A stretch of DNA of 64,000 bases from Eledone cirrhosa. Its lineage: Eukaryota. The notes beneath the pieces were generated by a model, which ran no database searches, was not told where the DNA came from, and saw nothing but the letters and a program-made list of their open reading frames with translations. Both the position numbers and the translations under genes were made by a program. Shown one piece after another: positions 24,261-35,869 of the stretch (position 1 is the stretch's first letter; every line of letters begins with the position of its first letter). The stretch is taken from the NCBI GenBank assembly GCA_964016885.1, contig CAXHJY010001477.1, positions 186,001 through 250,000 on the forward strand. Reading direction: 5' to 3'.

Positions 24261-24969
24261 TGTAACGGAATAATATGTGTGGTTGTAACGACAAGTGGAT
24301 GAATGGATGTAACTGTTGGTATGGTGGTTTCGGTGTAAAGAAAAATACCAGGATTGTTGTTACAAAGTTTATTTTATTACAACAATATTCAATTTGAATA
24401 TTGAATGATAAAATAATTGACACAAAATATTCATACAATAATTTGGTGGCTCTTCGAGCCACGTAAATTCAAATATCACAAAATACGATTATAATATGTG
24501 TAAACAGAAATGAATGGTGCGTGTACAAATGTTGGACTCACTATGAATTGCGTGTGTGCGGCGTATCAGTATATTTACTTATTTGTATTGCAGGAGTCAG
24601 CGATCTGCCAGGAAGGTGAGAATAAATGGCAGACTGGTTTTCGTGACGAGAGCCTGTAAATGAGACTTGTCTGTATCCACTGTTTTTCTATTCTTGGCGT
24701 AAACAATCCCTCTATTTATAAGAGTTGAAGTTAGAAGGATAGATATATCCTCTAAACTTTGGTTAGTCTCCCAAGGGATTAGTTTGCCAAGCGTAAACAA
24801 GTCAGAAAGATGGATATATCCTCTGACCTATTTTCTGTCAGGCGTAAACACCTCTGACCTGTGTTTAGCCTCTCCAAGGGGTTAGTCTCTTGAGCGTAAA
24901 CAAATTACCACGGCTTGTCCCAGAGGCGGGAAAGCTCAGATTTGGTTTCAAATCTTTGCCGCCGTTATA
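24261..24969 (-). repeat. 3' LTR (709 bp) of the Gypsy element
   Basis: Terminal inverted repeat TGTAACGG...CCGTTATA on the plus strand; lies directly downstream of the PPT. Confidence 0.8.
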
Positions 24970-25345
24970 GTACCCCCCTTCCAGTGAGAAAGCTAAGATT
25001 GAACGATCTAGGTGCATGTGAAATGAAGATAGGTATGACTAGGTGTGTTGTTGAAGAAAATCAGTAAAAATAAAAAAACACATGAAAGTCATTTACAAAC
25101 AGGAGACATGAAAGAAAACATGCAAAGCAAAAGAAATTTACATGCAGGAAAATGTACTGTGATGTTACATAAAATTGAAAATGTTCGTACGAAAAGTTTG
25201 TTGATTAAAAGTTCGTTCATTTCATAGAAACGGATAAATGTTCTTTTGTCTGTTCTTTTGATGTGGTGATGCACAGAGTTAATTGATTTGTGTGTAGCAA
25301 TAGTTCATGACCACAGAAATTGACCGATTCGTTGAAATGTACAAA

Positions 25346-26302
25346 TTAGCCGAAATGTCGACCAGATGCATAATTTGTACTTACCCGATAAACTTGTACG
25401 TATCGCGTGGGCCATCGGACTGTTCTTCCGGATTTGGTGTGTCGGGTTTGTGCAGAATTTGTTGTGTTTGTGTCGGACAAAGTTGTTGGTGAGTCTGCTG
25501 GAGAAACGGTGGGTACTGGTGGCAATTCCTGTTCTATGAACGCTTTCTTCAAACGATCAATGGAGACGGTATTTCGTTTCCCGTTCAAGTCTAGGACGAA
25601 ATACTTAGGGCGTTTCTGTATCACCTTATAGGGCCCGGAATACGGCGTACGAAGTTGCGATGGAATACCGTCATTTCTAACGAAAACATGTGTCCATGTA
25701 TCGATGTCTTTTGGTATGTGTGAAGTAACGTGCTGTTGTTTAGGGGTTGAAGGAGACAGATGCAACATCGATGACCGTAAATGGTGCACATATTTTGTTG
25801 GGTCTGGAAGTTCTTGTGGCGAAACAGGAGCAATCATTTGTCCGGGTAGAGTGAGTACGGTGCCATACACCATTTCAGCCAGAGAATGTCCGACTCCCTC
25901 CTTAACAGTGGAATGAATACCAAGAAGAATGGGTGGGAGGTATTCGAACCAGTTAGTGGAGTTTTCGTAAGCCTTGATAGATGATGCTAGCTGGCGGTGG
26001 AAGCGTTCTACCATGCCGTTAGCGGCAGGGTGATACACTGTTGTATGGATGTGTTTGTACCCGAGGAGATGAGTCAGCTCGGTAAATAAGTGCGAATCGA
26101 ACTGACGTCCTCTATCCTTAGTGATGGTCGCGGGTGTGCTAAAACGCGAAACCCAGTGAAACACTAGCGTTTTGGCGACAGTTTCCGCAGTAATATCCGT
26201 CAGGGGAAAAGCTTCTGGCCAGTGAGAAAATCGGTCGACACAGGTGAGAAGATGAGTGTAGTTTTGAGAAGGAGGCAAAGGTCCAACTATGTCTTTATGC
26301 AC
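25346..26302 (-). pseudogene. Gypsy integrase core plus GPY/F module (N-terminus deleted)
   Basis: [62 protein letters not shown] motifs. Confidence 0.92.
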
Positions 26303-26371
26303 TTGTTGGAACCGTGCATCAGGAGTTGGGAAAGAACCGATCGGGGCTTTGATGTGCCGGTGTTATAAGGT

Positions 26372-26744
26372 GATAAAAGCCTACCTTACCCAATTACACC
26401 TCTCAAGGGTGATGACACACGACCGTGACCTCTGGCGTCATGCAGTAATACAGAAGAACCAACCCCCCACTGCAAAGTGGTCATGGAGGTACCACGGCAA
26501 AAAATCACCCAGCCCACACTATAAAGTGGATGTGTAGGCGCCACAAAAAAGCACCCAGCACTCACTGTAAATGAGGTTGGTGTTATGAAGGGCATCTTTG
26601 CTGTAGAAATCAGCCAGAATCAGTTCCCATATGAGCAAGACAAGGTCAGCCGACCGGACGGACCACAACAGGACAACCCGTCCAAACCCATGCTAGCGTG
26701 GAAGATGGACGTTAAACGATGATGATGATGAAGATGATGATGAT
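26372..26744 (+). mobile_element. RTE 3' fragment, right part, with (GAT)n tail
   Basis: Continuation of 24155-24260; 3' UTR and tail. Confidence 0.9.
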
Positions 26745-27197
26745 ATACATATATATATTTATTTATCGCCAACCATGTCAGTGTTTATACCCTTGTGTTG
26801 GTAGTGCTATTAAAGGAAATCGATAAAATAAGTATCAAACTTATAAGTAGCGGTGCCCCAGCATGACCATAGGCAAATAACAGAAAGCCACAATAGAAAG
26901 AGACGTTCCAACAGAAGATTTATTTTTAAAATAAAATAGGTTGTTATAACCTATTTTAAAAATAACTTTCATAAGTTATAAATTAGGGGGAGACAACCAC
27001 GTGTGTTTTTATTTTTATTTTGCTACAAATATGACGATATTACAAACTAAAAATTAAAAGAAAACTTTTTCATGTCATGAATTAATTCATTAATTTTACA
27101 AGGTTGTGAAGGATAAAATGAAGTCACCAATAAATTAATGATAGGAGAAAGAAAAAAAGGACTAAATTTAGTGGTTGAGAAGTCCCACATAATGTCC
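26676..27197. repeat. About 520-bp direct duplication, copy 1 (copy 2 at 29508-30029)
   Basis: Near-identical sequence at offset 2832, including non-TE AT-rich flank. Confidence 0.95.
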
Positions 27198-27599
27198 TGT
27201 TAAGTGTAAATGTGACAAATAATAGTTGAAGTAATTAAATATTCTATATCAACTATTAGCTGACAATACATAACTTTTACACAATGACAGCATAATACAT
27301 ACATGTTTAATAATACTACAAAGAAAATATATACTATATGTATTATAACACTTTGATGGAAAACTGCTATATCCTCCCTTAGTTCTATAACACAAAAGTG
27401 TTTTAAAGTGTTTATAATTATTTAAAATCCTTTCGTCATATTTTATGTAAGAACCTTTGTTAAGTTATGTTCCATAAAATTATGTACAATGTCTTTCATT
27501 GGAAATATGGTAACAAAAGGGTTAAATTAAATAATCACCTCCCTACTTCCATTAAAACAATGATTAACTAAGGTTTTAGTCTGACTTTTTTTCTTGGAT

Positions 27600-28033
27600 T
27601 CATTCATTTCATTAAATTTCATGTCCACTTTTTCCCTGCTTGCAAGGGTGGGACGGGAACTGATTCTGGCTCTATTTCTACAGTTGGATGCCCTTCCTAA
27701 CACCAACCTCATTTACAGTGAGTGCTGGATGGTTTTTTAGCGTGGCACCTACACGTCCACTTTGCAGTGGTCATGGAGGTGCCACGGAAAAAAATCACCC
27801 AGCCCACACAGTAATGTGGACGTGTAGGCGCCACAGAAAAAAAGCACCCAGCACTCACTGTAAATGAGGTTGGTGTTAGGAAGGGCATCCAGCTGTAGAA
27901 ATCAAGCCAGAATCAGTTCCCGTATAAGCAAGACAAGGTCACTCGACCTGGCACTGCCAACAACAGGACAACCCGTCTAACCCATGCTAGCGTGGAAGAA
28001 CGGACGTAAAATGGTGATGATGATGATGATGAT
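27600..28033. mobile_element. Two RTE 3'-UTR fragments fused head-to-head (minus 27600-27765, plus 27765-28033)
   Basis: The same 3'-UTR motifs appear in opposite orientations; tails point outward. Confidence 0.85.
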
Positions 28034-28118
28034 AACCGATATTTAATTTGTTGGTAATTCAACAAATATATATATTTATAACAGATTCGAAGCACTCGAC
28101 ATATTTCTGGAGTATAAT

Positions 28119-28425
28119 ATCATCATCATCATCATCTTCATCGTTTAACGTCCGTTTTCCCCGCTAGCATGGGTCTGGACGGGAATTGTCCCACTTGAGG
28201 CAAGATTGGTTGTCTTGCTCAGGACTGTCTGACGGGTTTTCTACGGCTGGATGCCCTTCCTAACACCAACCACGTTTACAGTGTGGAGTGGGAGGTTTTG
28301 ACCATGTTACCTATACGGCCACATTACAGCGTGGACTGTGTGTGTTTTTGTCGTGACACCTACACGTCTGGCGGGTTTTCTACGGCTGGGTGCCCTTCCC
28401 AACACCAACCACGTTTACAGTGTGT
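28119..28425 (-). mobile_element. RTE family B 3'-UTR fragment
   Basis: (CAT)n tail; matches the reverse complement of about 29330-29576. Confidence 0.85.
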
Positions 28426-28473
28426 AATATCAATGATATTAATAAATGGAAACTATATTTATAAAACCATATT

Positions 28474-28534
28474 TATTCTATTATATATATTTCAAGGGTA
28501 CCAAAACTTTAGTACGCTCTCATCAGATAAAATA
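28474..28534 (-). ncRNA. Mirror-image type I hammerhead ribozyme
   Basis: Reverse complement of 28662-28722; the single change turns a stem II C-G pair into U-G. Confidence 0.78.
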
Positions 28535-28661
28535 CAGAGTTTGTTTTATAAATATTGACATATCCAGGAATGAGACCTTAACGGTTCAAGTTTTACCAGG
28601 TAAAACTTGAACTGTTAAGGTCTCATTCCTGGATATGTCAATATTTATAAAACAAACTCTG

Positions 28662-28722
28662 TATTTTATCTGATGAGAGCGTACCAAAGTTTTGGTACCC
28701 TTGAAATATATATAATAGAATA
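28662..28722 (+). ncRNA. Type I hammerhead ribozyme, canonical core, palindromic stem III (Penelope/retrozyme type)
   Basis: Stem I UAUUUUAU/AUAGAAUA (8 bp), CUGAUGA, stem II GAGCGUACCAA...UUGGUACCCUU, GAAA, stem III AUAUAUAU, predicted cleavage after A28714. Confidence 0.8.
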
Positions 28723-28740
28723 AATATGGTTTTATAAAAA

Positions 28741-29576
28741 AAATGGAAGGCAGCCTGTATGGTGCCTGCATACAAACAGCAATGTTGCATGGCAGTGAAA
28801 CCTGGGCATTGTGTGCAGAGGATATACGCAGACTGGAGAGGAACGAAGCTTGCATGCTCCGCTCGATGTGTAATAGTAATATACGTGAACGGCAAAGCAT
28901 AAACGAACTAAGGGAGAAATTAGAAATAAGAGGGATCAGATGTTGTTTACTCGAGAGAAGGCTACGTTGGTATGGTCACGTGATCCGCATGAAAGACGAC
29001 AGCTGTATAACAAAGTGCAGGGCAATAAAGATAGACGGTAGCCACGGAGTAGGCAGACCCAGAAAAACCTGGGACGACTTGATAAATTCCAACCTCACAC
29101 ACTTACACCTCTCCAAGACAATGTCACTGGACCGAGATCTTTGGCGCTACACAGTAATAGAGAAGACCCGCCTTACCTAAGTACAAAGTGAAACCTACTA
29201 CAGTCAGTAGGCATCTCTAACAAAATACACCACCGTCCCACTACCCCCACCCCACCCACACCACCCCTTTCAATGTAAAGTTACGTTGGTACCACAACAT
29301 CCAGCCTGAAATAAATGAGGTCGTGTAGGTGTCACGACAAAAACACACACAGTCCACGCTGTAATGTGGCCGTGTAGGTAACACGGTAAAAACCTCCCAG
29401 TCCACACTGTAAACGTGGTTGGTGTTAGGAAGGGCATCCAGCTGTAGAAAACCCGCCAGACAGTCCTATGCGAGCAAGACAACCAATCTTGCCTCACGTG
29501 GTAAAACTCCCGTCCAAACCCATGCAAGCGTGGAAGATGGACGTTAAACGATGATGATGATGAAGATGATGATGAT
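28741..29576 (+). mobile_element. RTE family B 3' fragment
   Basis: ORF 28743-29180 MLHGSETWALCAED...RLRWYGHVIR...GRPRKTW; 3' UTR distinct from family A; (GAT)n tail. Confidence 0.93.
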
Positions 29577-30029
29577 ATACATATATATATTTATTTATCG
29601 CCAACCATGTCAGTGTTTATACCCTTGTGTTGGTAGTTCTATTAAAGGAAATCAATAAAATAAGTACCAAACTTATAAGTAGCGGTGCCCCAGCATGACC
29701 ATAGGCAAATAACAGAAAGCCACAATAGAAAGAGACGTTCCAACAGAAGATTTATTTTTAAAATAAAATAGGTTGTTATAACCTATTTTAAAAATAACTT
29801 TCATAAGTTATAAATTAGGGGGAGACAACCACGTGTGTTTTTATTTTTATTTTGCTACAAATATGACGATATTACAAACTAAAAATTAAAAGAAAACTTT
29901 TTCATGTCATGAATTAATTCATTAATTTTACAAAGTTGTGAAGGATAAAATGAAGTCACCAATAAATTAATGATAGGAGAAAGAAAAAAAGGACTAGATT
30001 TAGTGGTTGAGCAGTCCCACATAATGTCC
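29508..30029. repeat. About 520-bp direct duplication, copy 2
   Basis: Matches 26676-27197. Confidence 0.95.
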
Positions 30030-30182
30030 CTATCATCCCACTTCTACAACTGAGTAAACTGGAGCAATGTGAAATAAAGTGTCTTGCTCAAGGAAACAAC
30101 ACATCACCCGGTCTGAGAATGAGAACTGAACTCAACCTTTCGATTGCAAGGGCAATGCTCTAAGCACTAAGCCATGTGCCTC
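30030..30182 (-). mobile_element. tRNA-derived SINE (family 1) fragment
   Basis: Minus-strand head GGCACATGGCTTAGTGCTTAGAGC and body shared with 22570-22680. Confidence 0.7.
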
Positions 30183-30300
30183 CATTCATATTTGTATACA
30201 TGTGCATTTTTTTTCACTCTTTATTTGTTGTTTAGCCCTAGGTCAGCCAGATTCAAAAGGAACCTTAGCTGAAACCTGTTCAAGCCAAGAATATTCAAGT

Positions 30301-32260
30301 TCATCATCATCATCACCGTTTTACGTCCGTTCTTCCACGCTAGCATGGGTTAGACGGGTTGTCCTGTTGTGGGCAGTGTCTGGTCGGCTGACCATGCCTT
30401 GCTCATACAGGAACTGATTTGGCTTGCTTTCTACAGCTGGATGCCCTTCCTAACACCAACTTCATTTACAGTGAGTGCTGGGTGCTTTTTTGTGGCGCCT
30501 ACACGTCCACTTTACAGTGTGGGCTGGGTGCTTTTTTGCCGTGGCACCTCCACGACCACCTTGCATTAGGAGGGTGTGGGGGCATATTGTCTATAAGCTT
30601 CAGCTTGTACCCATGGGAGGTCGGGTACTCTGTATTACTGCGTGACGCCAGAGGTCCCGGTTGTGTCATCGCCTTTGAGAGATGTAATTGGGTAAGGTCG
30701 GCTTTTATAATCTCACCCCAGGTCATCTTGGGTCTTCCCACTCCGTGGTTTCCATCTACTTCTAGTGCTCTGCACCTTTTTATGCAACTGTCATCCTTCA
30801 TACGCATCACATGTCCATACCAGCGCAACCGCCTCTCCTGCACACAGCATTTGATTCCTCTTATGTTCAGTCTCTCTCTGAATTCATTTAGCCTTTGTCG
30901 TTCACGTATATTACTGTTACACATCCATCGGAGCATGCAGGCTTCGTTTCTCTCTAATCTACGTAAGTCTTCCACCTTCAGCGCCCAGGTCTCACTACCA
31001 TGCAACATTGCTGTTCGGATACACGCATCATACAGTCTGCCTTTCATTTTGAGGGAGAAGCCTTTTGCAGCTAGTAGTGGTAGTAGTTCCCTGAACTTCT
31101 TCCGTCCCGTTCTTACCCTAGTTATTGTACTTTCTGAACACCCACCTCCGATGCTAATTCGGTCACCTAGGTAGCAGAAGCTGTCTACTGTCTCTACAGA
31201 GCCCTCCCAGAGATTGGTGGTACTTGTTTCCTGTGGCTGTTTGATGCTTGCTGTCCCAGTACAGTTGCTACATGTGAAGCTTACATTCTTAATTAAGCTT
31301 CCGGAGATCCCGTTACATCTCTTGTGTACCCATTGTTTGCATTTGGGGCAGAGAATGGAGTTCCTACCTACACCTTTCCTACATACTGAGCAAGGCCATT
31401 TCCCTGAGGGGATATGTGTTCTGTTTTCTCGTCTACTTACAAGGACCTTAGTCTTTGTCATGTTGACTTTGAGACCCTTTCTTTCTAGTCCCTGCTTCCA
31501 AGTTTGGAATTTCTTCTCTAGTTCAACCATAGATTCAGCTATAAGTACGAGGTCATCAGCATACAGGAGTTCCCATGGGCATCCGGTCTTAAACTCCTTC
31601 GTTATTGCCTGCAGGACTATAATGAACAGGAGAGGGCTAAGAACAGCCCTGGTGGACCCCAACCTGTACGCTAAATTCCTCGCTATACTCATTGCTAATC
31701 CTAACTTTGCTGACTGCTCCCCTATACATGGCTTGTACCGCTTTCACAAGCCATTCATCTACTCCTAGTTTTCTAAGAGCCCACCAGATTACTGCACGTG
31801 GAACTCTGTCAAAGGCTTTCTCAAGGTCGACGAATGCCAGATAGAGTGGCTTACTTTTAGCTAGGTACTTTTCCTGTAACTGCCTCACAAGGAAGAGGGC
31901 ATCTGTGGTGCCTCTTCCTGGTACAAACCCAAATTGCATCTCATCTAGTTTCACCGGGTCCCTAATCAACTGTGCTATAACTCTTTCTGTTACTTTCATG
32001 ACCTGGTCCATCAACTTTATACCTCTATAGTTTCCTCTATCGAGTGCATCACCTTTACCTTTGTAGCAGTTGACAATGATGCTACTGCACCAATCCTTTG
32101 GTATGACACCTTCTAGTATTACCTGGTTAACAATACGTGTGGTTATAGTGACCTACAGACCCATATGTCTTCAGCATCTCGGCAGCTATACCCGATGGAC
32201 CGGTTGCCTTACTTACTACGCTGCTGCTGACTTGTACTGCTGGACCCTCTATAGGGTCTA
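30301..32260 (-). mobile_element. 5'-truncated, frameshifted RTE LINE (family A)
   Basis: FVDLEKAFDRV, GVHQG, LYADDLVL, Cys/His finger, RLRWYGHVMR; (CAT)n tail at 30301. Confidence 0.95.
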
Positions 32261-32329
32261 CTTGGGCTAGGGTCTCAAGTTGTTTTTATATTTTAGGCAG
32301 TGGATATAGAGAACCACATAAACAATAAG

Positions 32330-32623
32330 CCCCCACTCCCCCCACCGCAAGGTGGTCGTGGAGGTGCCACGGCAAAAAAGCACCCAGCCCACACTGTAAA
32401 GTGGACGTGTAGGCGCCACGAAAAAGCACCCAGCACTCACTGTAAATGAGGTTGGTGTTAGGAAGGGCATCCAGCTGTAGAAATCAAGCCAGATCAGTTC
32501 CTGTATGAGCAAGGCATGGTCAGCCGACCAGACACTGCCCACAACAGGACAACCCGTCTAACCCATGCTAGCGTGGAAGAACGGACGTAAAACGGTGATG
32601 ATGATGATGATGATGATGATGAT
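32330..32623 (+). mobile_element. RTE family A 3'-UTR-only copy
   Basis: Near-identical to about 44350-44634; (GAT)n tail. Confidence 0.9.
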
Positions 32624-32798
32624 TATTGACAGTCTACAGGTGTGCCATTTAAGAGAGATAATGGTCACAAAGTAAATATATCTATATCATCATTTTATAT
32701 TTCTGTCCAGCCCATGCCAGCATGAACTGGACAGATCATTATGATCCAAGTCTGAACTTATTTGGAGTTATTGTCATCCACTCGTTCCATGGTTTCAT

Positions 32799-33392
32799 TT
32801 TACAGAGTGTACTGGGTGTATTTTACTGTCGTACCAGCACTACAGAGGTCATTGTTATTACTTTACAGAGTGTACTAGGTGTATTTTACTGTCGTACCAG
32901 CACTACAGAGGTCATTGTTATTACTTTACAGAGTGTACTAGGTGTATTTTACTGTCGTACCAGCACTACAGAGGTCATTGTTATTACTTTACAGAGTGTA
33001 CTAGGTGTATTTTACTGTCGTACCAGCACTACAGAGGTCATTGTTATTACTTTACAGAGTGTACTGGGTGTATTTTACTGTCGTACCAGCACTACAGAGG
33101 TCATTGTTATTACTTTACAGAGTGTACTAGGTGTATTTTACTGTCGTACCAGCACTACAGAGGTCATTGTTATTACTTTACAGAGTGTACTAGGTGTATT
33201 TTACTGTCGTACCAGCACTACAGAGGTCATTGTTATTACTTTACAGAGTGTACTAGGTGTATTTTACTGTCGTACCAGCACTACAGAGGTCATTGTTATT
33301 ACTTTACAGAGTGTACTGGGTGTATTTTACTGTCGTACCAGCACTACAGAGGTCATTGTTATTACTTTACAGAGTGTACTGGGTGTATTTTA
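32799..33392. repeat. 63-bp minisatellite, about 9.5 copies
   Basis: TTTACAGAGTGTACTAGGTGTATTTTACTGTCGTACCAGCACTACAGAGGTCATTGTTATTAC in tandem. Confidence 0.97.
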
Positions 33393-33502
33393 TTGAAGGT
33401 TAAACTCTAGAGAGGTCACATTGTTCTCTGCAAGACTAAAGAATTCTCTTATTCCCAATTAATCTCTGTTCTTTCAAGACAAACAGGACTGAGAGTGACA
33501 GT

Positions 33503-33875
33503 ATAAGGGAGGGAGTAATGGAAGAGAGAGTGATAACAGGATCATAAGGGAGGGAGTAATGGAAGACAGAGAGTGATAACAGGATCATAAGGGAGGGAGT
33601 AATGGAAGAGAGAGTGATAACAAGATCATAAGGGAGGGAGTAATGGAAGACAGAGAGTGATAACAGGATCATAAGGGAGGGAGTAATGGAAGACAGAGAG
33701 TGATAACAGGATCATAAGGGAGGGAGTAATGGAAGAGAGAGTGATAACAGGATCATAAGGGAGGGAGTAATGGAAGACAGAGAGTGATAACAGGATCATA
33801 AGGGAGGGAGTAATGGAAGACAGAGAGTGATAACAGGATCATAAGGGAGGGAGTAATGGAAGAGAGAGTGATAAC
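33503..33875. repeat. 41/43-bp purine-rich minisatellite, about 9 copies
   Basis: ATAAGGGAGGGAGTAATGGAAGA(CA)GAGAGTGATAACAGGATC in tandem. Confidence 0.95.
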
Positions 33876-33877
33876 AT

Positions 33878-34062
33878 CATGGATTGGCAGTATCGGTAGA
33901 GGGTCAGACGCCATGCTTTCCAGCATAGTTACATCCCTTTACTATCTGAGTTCAAATCCTGCTGAGGTTAACTTTGCCTTTCATCCTTACAGGGTCGATA
34001 AAATAAAGTACCAGTAATGTGCTGGGTTATTTCTGGCCTTGTGCCAATAGTAGAAACAATTA
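33878..34062 (+). mobile_element. tRNA-derived SINE (family 2)
   Basis: GGATTGGCAGTATCGGTAGAG...GAGTTCAAATCC...GCCTTTCATCCTTACAGGGTCGATAAAATAAAGTACC. Confidence 0.85.
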
Positions 34063-34075
34063 TTGGTCCTCATCA

Positions 34076-35655
34076 TGTAGGCTTCAGGTACTATCTGTAG
34101 GCTTCAGGTACTATCTGTTGGCTTCAGGTACTATCTGTTGGCTTCAGGTACTATCTGTTGGCTTCAGGTACTATCTGTAGGCTTCAGGTACTATCTGTTG
34201 GCTTCAGGTACTATCTGTAGGCTTCAGGTACTATCTGTAGGCTTCAGGTACTATCTGTAGGCTTCAGGTACTATCTGTTGGCTTCAGGTACTATCTGTTG
34301 GCTTCAGGTACTATCTGTTGCCTTCAGGTACTATCTGTTGGCTTCAGGTACTATCTGTTGGCTTCAGGTACTATCTGTAGGCTTCAGGTACTATCTGTTG
34401 GCTTCAGGTACTATCTGTAGGCTTCAGGTACTATCTGTAGGCTTCAGGTACTATCTGTAGGCTTCAGGTACTATCTGTTGGCTTCAGGTACTATCTGTAG
34501 GCTTCAGGTACTATCTGTTGGCTTCAGGTACTATCTGTTGGCTTCAGGTACTATCTGTAGGCTTCAGGTACTATCTGTAGGCTTCAGGTACTATCTGTTG
34601 GCTTCAGGTACTATCTGTAGGCTTCAGGTACTATCTGTAGGCTTCAGGTACTATCTGTTGGCTTCAGGTACTATCTGTTGGCTTCAGGTACTATCTGTAG
34701 GCTTCAGGTACTATCTGTTGGCTTCAGGTACTATATGTTGGCTTCAGGTACTATATGTTGGCTTCAGGTACTATCTGTTGGCTTCAGGTACTATCTGTAG
34801 GCTTCAGGTACTATCTGTTGGCTTCAGGTACTATCTGTAGGCTTCAGGTACTATCTGTTGGCTTCAGGTACTATCTGTAGGCTTCAGGTACTATCTGTTG
34901 GCTTCAGGTACTATCTGTTGGCTTCAGGTACTATCTGTAGGCTTCAGGTACTATCTGTTGGCTTCAGGTACTATCTGTTGGCTTCAGGTACTATCTGTTG
35001 GCTTCAGGTACTATCTGTTGGCTTCAGGTACTATCTGTAGGCTTCAGGTACTATCTGTAGGCTTCAGGTACTATCTGTTGGCTTCAGGTACTATCTGTAG
35101 GCTTCAGGTACTATCTGTAGGCTTCAGGTACTATCTGTAGGCTTCAGGTACTATCTGTAGGCTTCAGGTACTATCTGTTGGCTTCAGGTACTATCTGTAG
35201 GCTTCAGGTACTATCTGTTGGCTTCAGGTACTATCTGTTGGCTTCAGGTACTATCTGTAGGCTTCAGGTACTATCTGTTGGCTTCAGGTACTATCTGTAG
35301 GCTTCAGGTACTATCTGTTGGCTTCAGGTACTATCTGTAGGCTTCAGGTACTATCTGTAGGCTTCAGGTACTATCTGTTGGCTTCAGGTACTATCTGTAG
35401 GCTTCAGGTACTATCTGTTGGCTTCAGGTACTATCTGTAGGCTTCAGGTACTATCTGTTGGCTTCAGGTACTATCTGTTGGCTTCAGGTACTATCTGTAG
35501 GCTTCAGGTACTATCTGTAGGCTTCAGGTACTATCTGTTGGCTTCAGGTACTATCTGTTGGCTTCAGGTACTATCTGTTGGCTTCAGGTACTATCTGTAG
35601 GCTTCAGGTACTATCTGTTGGCTTCAGGTACTATCTGTTGGCTTCAGGTACTATC
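34076..35655. repeat. 20-bp minisatellite GCTTCAGGTACTATCTGTWG, about 79 copies
   Basis: Exact 20-bp phase over 1.58 kb with one dimorphic position (A/T). Confidence 0.99.
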
Positions 35656-35869
35656 GTACTGTTGAGATGAGAAAACTCATCACTGGAACAGCTGTTAAAA
35701 GAGCCAAATGCTGTCAATAACAGCGATTGGCAAAAAGGCCTGAGAAGACAGAGGACCAGCAGCGAGTGGTTGACAGCGAGACACCCCATGAGGTGAAGGG
35801 CAGATGAAATATAGAAAAGAACAAGAGAGGAGGAGGAGGAGGACAATGAGAAGTTCTCATTTTTCTATA

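Larger units (their letters stand above)
24261..26367 (-). mobile_element. Internally deleted Ty3/Gypsy LTR retrotransposon with 4-bp TSD AGGT
   Basis: Integrase ORF, PPT GGAAGGGGGG (24973-24982), 3' LTR 24261-24969, TSD AGGT at 24257-24260 and 26368-26371. Confidence 0.9.
28458..28738. repeat. 281-bp near-perfect palindrome (140-bp arms, 1-nt spacer at 28598)
   Basis: Arms are reverse complements with only two mismatches seen. Confidence 0.97.

Noticed and set aside
34076-35655. CRISPR-like appearance of the tandem arrays (also 23191, 32799, 33503)
   Set aside because: No unique spacers, no cas genes, eukaryotic context.
35656-35850. GC-richer unique stretch that might be an exon
   Set aside because: No frame with a convincing acceptor and donor pair, and no recognisable peptide.
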